Source of the DNA: a virus
Virus record (IMG/VR): IMGVR_UViG_3300031420_000498
Length of the DNA stretch: 30,045 nt
Direction: 5' to 3' (one strand)
In this document: positions 25,540-30,045 of the stretch, piece by piece
Layout of the letters: every line of letters begins with the position of its first letter
How positions within the stretch are numbered: the first letter of the stretch is position 1
Position numbers and translations under genes: made by a program
Notes under the pieces: generated by a model
Told to the model about the DNA's origin: nothing
Database searches by the model: none
Seen by the model: only the letters and a program-made list of their open reading frames with translations

Positions 25540-25815
25540 ATGAACAAGCGCACCCTCTCTGTAGCAGCCGGTGCCATCCTAGTCACCCTGGGCCTCACTG
25601 GCTGTTCAGCCGGCTCCGCCAACGGTGGATCCACAGACCCTGAGATCAACGCTCAGCTCACGCCCTCCACCCACTACAGCTTCGTCCAGGAGCTCCAGGA
25701 TGGCCGTAAGGTGCTCTGTGTCTGGGCAAAGGATGGCTACGGCGGAGGGCTTTCCTGTGACTGGGACTCCATCTCCACCAAGGGCGACAAGAAGGAGGCC
25801 ACCGATGGCGAATGA
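25540..25815 (+). CDS. Small lipoprotein (DGRKVLC...GGLSCDW)
   Basis: Lipobox LTGC; promoter TTGCGG-17nt-TAGGAT at 25471-25499. Confidence 0.8.
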   Translation: MNKRTLSVAAGAILVTLGLTGCSAGSANGGSTDPEINAQLTPSTHYSFVQELQDGRKVLCVWAKDGYGGGLSCDWDSISTKGDKKEATDGE

Positions 25816-26599
25816 GCAGAAGCTCGCAGAGCTGCAGTCAGTCCGATCGGAGCTCAAGGAGCTCAAAGCAATTCCCTACCCTCCCAAGGGTAGCCCAGAG
25901 CTTCAGTCTCACAACGACGAGCTCCGCAGGCTCATGGAGCTCTCCTGGAAGCTGGAGAAGGAGGCCTACTTCAGCCTTGAGCTCCCCGAAGAGCTGGAGC
26001 TCGAGGACTTCTCCCTCGAAGAGCTCCTGGAGCTCGAAAGCCAGATCAGCGCTCGAGAGCTCAGGGCGATTCAGGATCCCCTGGATGACCCTGCGGAAGA
26101 GACGCTTCGAGCTGCCCGGGCAAAGGCGCTCCGGGAGCAGCTTCAGGCTGTCAGCAAGCAGGTTGCAGCCGTTCGTAGGCGCGACTTCGATCCTCAGCCC
26201 GGCGAAGCTCCTGGCTATGAGGAACGGGGCTACAGTGCCGCTCCGGGCTTTGTCAAGTCCAATCCTGCCAACAATGACTTCTATGTGGAGCAGTTCAAGG
26301 ATGATCCCTGGTACCCCGCCATCAAGCACGCCCACGAGCAGCTCTCTGGGTTGATCCCGGGCTACAACATCTCTCAGATCAAGGAGAAATTCGGCGGCCT
26401 GCGCTACTACATCAGCTACCCCGAGGAGTATCCCGCCAACCCGGAGAACTACGACTGGAAGTCCCCCGAAGAGCTCCGCCGCAGGGCAGCTGCGATTATT
26501 ACCTGGGCCGAGGGCTGGGTTGACGGCTATGAGCACGCACAGCGTGAGCTCCGAGCCAAGGCTGATGCCGAATCCGAAGGAGAGACTGAAGATGACTGA
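25805..26599 (+). CDS. Coiled-coil protein with C-terminal QIKEKFGGLRYY domain
   Basis: AAGGAGG RBS before ATG 25805; QxKEKFGxLRxY is a motif of a type seen in phage hypothetical proteins. Confidence 0.8.
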   Translation: MANEQKLAELQSVRSELKELKAIPYPPKGSPELQSHNDELRRLMELSWKLEKEAYFSLELPEELELEDFSLEELLELESQISARELRAIQDPLDDPAEETLRAARAKALREQLQAVSKQVAAVRRRDFDPQPGEAPGYEERGYSAAPGFVKSNPANNDFYVEQFKDDPWYPAIKHAHEQLSGLIPGYNISQIKEKFGGLRYYISYPEEYPANPENYDWKSPEELRRRAAAIITWAEGWVDGYEHAQRELRAKADAESEGETEDD

Positions 26600-26975
26600 A
26601 GTGGTGCGAACGCCGATCCTCAACGCCACGGGTAAGCCCGTAGAGCGCATCCTCGCCATGGTCGATGATCGGGGACTGGTCTCCGCCTCTGTGCACCTGG
26701 GCAACTACCGCTTCGATGAGACCCGGGTGCTCTTTCAGGCGAAGGCTGGAGTTCACTACCAGCTCGCCCCCGAGCCTCTCGGCGACGAAGCAGTTCCCAT
26801 GATCGGGCTCCTCTGGGACGAGGAGAAGGCCGAGGCAGTGTTCAGCAGAGGAGAAGTTGCTCCCTGGGTTCACTGCGCCCTTGAGCCGGACGGCGGCTAC
26901 CTAGCTGAGCTTGAGATCGATGGAGGTTTCACCGTCATGGGGGTGGGGGCCAATCGGTCCTCTTCGGGAGCATGA
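26592..26975 (+). CDS. Hypothetical protein
   Basis: AAGGAGAG RBS before ATG 26592. Confidence 0.75.
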   Translation: MTEVVRTPILNATGKPVERILAMVDDRGLVSASVHLGNYRFDETRVLFQAKAGVHYQLAPEPLGDEAVPMIGLLWDEEKAEAVFSRGEVAPWVHCALEPDGGYLAELEIDGGFTVMGVGANRSSSGA

Positions 26976-27310
26976 CAGTAGTTCGCTATCCCCGGCGGGA
27001 CCTGATGGTGCTCAGAGTCGAGGGCTCTTCTCCTGAGTCGGTGCTGAGCTTCCTTCGGCTCAACAGCCCCCATAAGCACTACGAGATCATCGCCGAGCCC
27101 AGCTCCGAACACGCGACTCTTCGAGTACAGAACAGCTTGGATCGAGGTACGATCATCGGCCTTCTTCCCTCCACCGTGATCGTCCGGGACCTGGATAAGA
27201 GCGATGTGGAGTTCGTCTACAGCGCAGAGCGACTCCTTGAGCTCGGCATCAACAGCCAGATCCTCGATGAGCTCATAGAGGCCCAGCGGAAGATCGAAGG
27301 CAGAAACTGA
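26972..27310 (+). CDS. Hypothetical protein
   Basis: ATGA overlap. Confidence 0.7.
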   Translation: MTVVRYPRRDLMVLRVEGSSPESVLSFLRLNSPHKHYEIIAEPSSEHATLRVQNSLDRGTIIGLLPSTVIVRDLDKSDVEFVYSAERLLELGINSQILDELIEAQRKIEGRN

Positions 27311-27582
27311 TGGCGGCTTTCAGCAAGGAGCGAAGCTACTCCGACCGGGCTGGCAGGAGCCTCGTGCTCAGGAGCGAGAGGGATGTGGCCCCAGATGGCC
27401 GGTGGGTCATCGGACTCAGACTCTACGAGAAGCGGCTATTCGGTAAGAGGCTGATCGACAGCAGAGACTTCAAGAAGTCAAAGCAGTGGCCTTCTTCTGC
27501 CATCGGGCTCCTACAGGCCCAGGAAGAGCTCGATCTCCTCAGGGACGCGGGCGTGGAGATCGAACTCACTAGCCTGATCTGA
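27310..27582 (+). CDS. Hypothetical protein
   Basis: TGATG overlap. Confidence 0.7.
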   Translation: MAAFSKERSYSDRAGRSLVLRSERDVAPDGRWVIGLRLYEKRLFGKRLIDSRDFKKSKQWPSSAIGLLQAQEELDLLRDAGVEIELTSLI

Positions 27583-27679
27583 TTTCTCACCTCCTCCGGA
27601 TAGCAGCCCGCCTAATCGATAGTGGCCACATCGACTGAGGTCGAAGTCTTACTCACTTCACAGCGGAGCGTAGTGGCCC

Positions 27680-29038
27680 ATGGTCAAAAGCAACAGTAAA
27701 ATCCTCGCAGTAGCACTCTGTGCAGTTACCCTCGGAGGATTGGCCATCGTCCCCAGTGCGTCGGCCTCAGACATCCTCGGTAGCAGCTTCATGGTCAAGG
27801 CCACGAACAAGCAGGAGAACCAGTTCTTCGGTATCCGCGGCTACAAGGCCCCGGGCAAGGGCGATGGTAGCGGAAGTGGCTCAGGATCCACACCCGGCGG
27901 CGGCACAGGGGATACCCCGGGCGGATCTGGTGGGAGTACTGGTGGCACTTCGCCTGGCGGAGGATCGGGTGGCACCGTAGGTGATACGGGCGATGGCTCA
28001 GATCCCAGCGGGCTTCCATACACTGGAGATCAGGGAGCAACCCGGGCGAACACCACAGCCGGCTACTGGAGTAGCATGGCCTACGGCGCTGGCAAGTACC
28101 TCGCAGTGAGCTACATCGGCGATAGCACTTTGAGCTCAACCGATGAGGGCAAGAGCTGGAAGACCGATCCTCTTCCCTCGGGCAACTGGAACGGGGTCGC
28201 CTTCGGCAACGGACGGTTCGTAGCTGTCGCTCAGGCCGAGAGCGGAGATCCAGCAGTCGGCGGCCAGATCGCCACATCAACGGACGGGGTTAGCTGGACA
28301 GTCAGGAGAACTCCTGGCTACAGCTATCAGAGCGTAGCCTACGCAAACGGTATCTTCGTGGCAGTGGGCAATGACTCCAGCCAGGCAGTGATCCAGACCT
28401 CCACGGATGGTTCGGGATGGACTGACAGGAGCCTCCCCACCGGCTTCATCGACAGTAGCCACGAGGGCACCATGATCCTTGCCCGGGTTCAGTTTGTGAA
28501 TGGTCAGTTCTATGCTGAAAGCGGGCTCGGCCTCGACCCGAACGATGGTCAGTACTCCCGGAGTGCGCTCCTCATCAGGTCCACTGACGGCAAGAGCTGG
28601 AGCACTACCAAGGCCCTTCCTGGCACCTCAGCCGGTTGGACCATGATCGGCAACGGCATCACCAGCTACAGCCGGGACAAGATCGTCAAGACATCCTCGG
28701 GGCTCATCCACACGGCTCTGTCATTGGACGGAAACGGTTCTGATTTCTTCAGATCCACCGACGGCGGTAACAGCTGGACCAAGTTCACGCCGACTGGTCT
28801 TCCGGCGATGGTGACTCCACAGTTCGCTTCGGGCAACACGATCTTCGCTTACTCTCCGGTGGAAGACAACATCCAGTTCTACAGCTCCACTGATGGAGGC
28901 TACAGCTGGAACCAGGTGGTTGATGGCTATCTGACGAGCGGATTCGGCTTCCGCAATGAGTTCGCCAGCGCTACCCACGGCAACTGCACCGTGTCGATTC
29001 CCATGGCTAGCTCTTCGGCTTTCCGCTACTGCAGCTGA
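27680..29038 (+). CDS. Secreted BNR/Asp-box repeat (beta-propeller) protein with Gly/Ser linker
   Basis: Sec signal ending ASA; six S-T-D-G/E-x-S/G-W Asp-boxes; vAyGnG.fVAVg repeats. Confidence 0.85.
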   Translation: MVKSNSKILAVALCAVTLGGLAIVPSASASDILGSSFMVKATNKQENQFFGIRGYKAPGKGDGSGSGSGSTPGGGTGDTPGGSGGSTGGTSPGGGSGGTVGDTGDGSDPSGLPYTGDQGATRANTTAGYWSSMAYGAGKYLAVSYIGDSTLSSTDEGKSWKTDPLPSGNWNGVAFGNGRFVAVAQAESGDPAVGGQIATSTDGVSWTVRRTPGYSYQSVAYANGIFVAVGNDSSQAVIQTSTDGSGWTDRSLPTGFIDSSHEGTMILARVQFVNGQFYAESGLGLDPNDGQYSRSALLIRSTDGKSWSTTKALPGTSAGWTMIGNGITSYSRDKIVKTSSGLIHTALSLDGNGSDFFRSTDGGNSWTKFTPTGLPAMVTPQFASGNTIFAYSPVEDNIQFYSSTDGGYSWNQVVDGYLTSGFGFRNEFASATHGNCTVSIPMASSSAFRYCS

Positions 29039-29156
29039 GATTTCAGCGGGCTGAGGAAATTTTTGGGGATCGGTTGCGCTTCGATAGAAAGCGTGTACAG
29101 TAGTGCTCACACCACAACCTCGGAGCTCACCACTCCACTGCTCAAAGGATTTCATC

Positions 29157-29324
29157 ATGGCTGCCAAGAACAAGGCCCCCAAGTACCGCGGCATCGAGAA
29201 CCACAAGTACGCCGTTGAGATGCACGGCCTCCGCTCCTCCGGTGCTGCGGGCACCCACAGCAACAAGCCCAACCGTCAGCGCACCCGGGCCACCGCGAAG
29301 AAGTTCGCCATCAGCCAGGGCTGA
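29157..29324 (+). CDS. Small basic protein (55 aa)
   Basis: Promoter TTGCGC-16nt-TACAGT at 29074-29101; AAAGGA RBS; strong codon bias; own terminator. Confidence 0.8.
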   Translation: MAAKNKAPKYRGIENHKYAVEMHGLRSSGAAGTHSNKPNRQRTRATAKKFAISQG

Positions 29325-29339
29325 GCGCTCCTGACCACA

Positions 29340-29384
29340 GGGACTGCCGCCAGATTCACGCGATCTGGCGGCAGTCCCGTTTTC
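29340..29384 (+). terminator. Intrinsic terminator
   Basis: GGGACTGCCGCCAGAT-7nt-ATCTGGCGGCAGTCCC followed by GTTTT. Confidence 0.85.
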
Positions 29385-29484
29385 ATATGAGCTTCCGGTG
29401 AGCTCCTTGTGGGCTCCTGCACTTCGTTACCATCTCGATATGGAAGCAGGCAATCAAAAGAGCAGCAATAGCCAGGAGAGACCT

Positions 29485-30045
29485 ATGGGAAAGAGAGCGC
29501 AGAGAGCGACCGGAATCACGGTCTCAGCCCTCGCAGTGGCCATGCTCATCAGCGGGTTCACTCCCGGCGGAGGATCGCTGAACGACTTCTCGATCAGCTC
29601 AGATGACGGAACGATCCAGGAAGATGCGGCTCCCCGTGCCTACAATGAGCTCACTTCAACCCGTGGCATCGGTAAGCCTGAAGCTCACTCCGATAGCACC
29701 ATGAGCTCCGATCCCTGGGAAACAGCTGCTAGAGCTCCAGGTCGATCAGTCGCCAGGGATTCTCATGGGAGCTACTACCTAGCAGACCAGCTCCTCCTTC
29801 GGACACAGAAGGGCGTAGAGCCAAAGGCCTTGATCTCTGAGCTCCCTCCCGGGAATCTGCATATAGCTGCCAGCGACGGAGCGCACCGGGAGTACCGGGT
29901 ACTCCTCCCTGAGGCCCTTTCGAAGACGGAGCTCCAGACGGTCGCAAGTGGCTGGGAAGCCCATCCATCAGTAGAGAGCGCCAAGATCATCGAGCTCGCC
30001 CCGCTGAGGGACTCTGATCTCATCGGCGATGGATCATCGGCCTAA
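29485..30045 (+). CDS. Exported protein with possible S8-protease-prodomain-like C-terminus
   Basis: AGGAGAG RBS before ATG 29485; signal peptide; YLADQLLLRTQKG...YRVLLP...HPSVESA; TAA at 30043-30045. Confidence 0.6.
   Translation: MGKRAQRATGITVSALAVAMLISGFTPGGGSLNDFSISSDDGTIQEDAAPRAYNELTSTRGIGKPEAHSDSTMSSDPWETAARAPGRSVARDSHGSYYLADQLLLRTQKGVEPKALISELPPGNLHIAASDGAHREYRVLLPEALSKTELQTVASGWEAHPSVESAKIIELAPLRDSDLIGDGSSA

Overview
GC-rich, densely coding window in which about 55 mostly short genes lie on the + strand and only one convincing gene lies on the - strand. There are no rRNA, tRNA, CRISPR, transposase, replication or virion genes. Leaderless sigA-type promoters, lipoproteins and many phage/plasmid-type hypothetical proteins suggest an accessory region of a large actinobacterial mobile element (megaplasmid or jumbo phage); this is an inference. 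Recognisable products: a DEDDh 3'-5' exonuclease, a transglutaminase/papain-like Cys-His-Asp protein, a 714-aa ROT/TROVE-like + TerD protein, a 2H phosphoesterase, a LURP-one-like lipoprotein, an HExxH secreted peptidase, a BNR-repeat secreted protein and a ribosomal bL12-like domain protein. The strongest signal is just upstream of the ROT-TerD gene: two copies of a ~61-nt structured RNA motif, each with its own promoter and with compensatory base changes in the stems. One copy is a free sRNA with a terminator; the other is the 5' leader of the gene. Together they look like a non-canonical Ro/Y-RNA-type ribonucleoprotein system. The second signal is an array of seven diverged, mostly translationally coupled paralogs (22.8-25.5 kb) with a possible Sm/SH3-like fold. 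All family assignments come from motifs recognised by eye, not from database searches.
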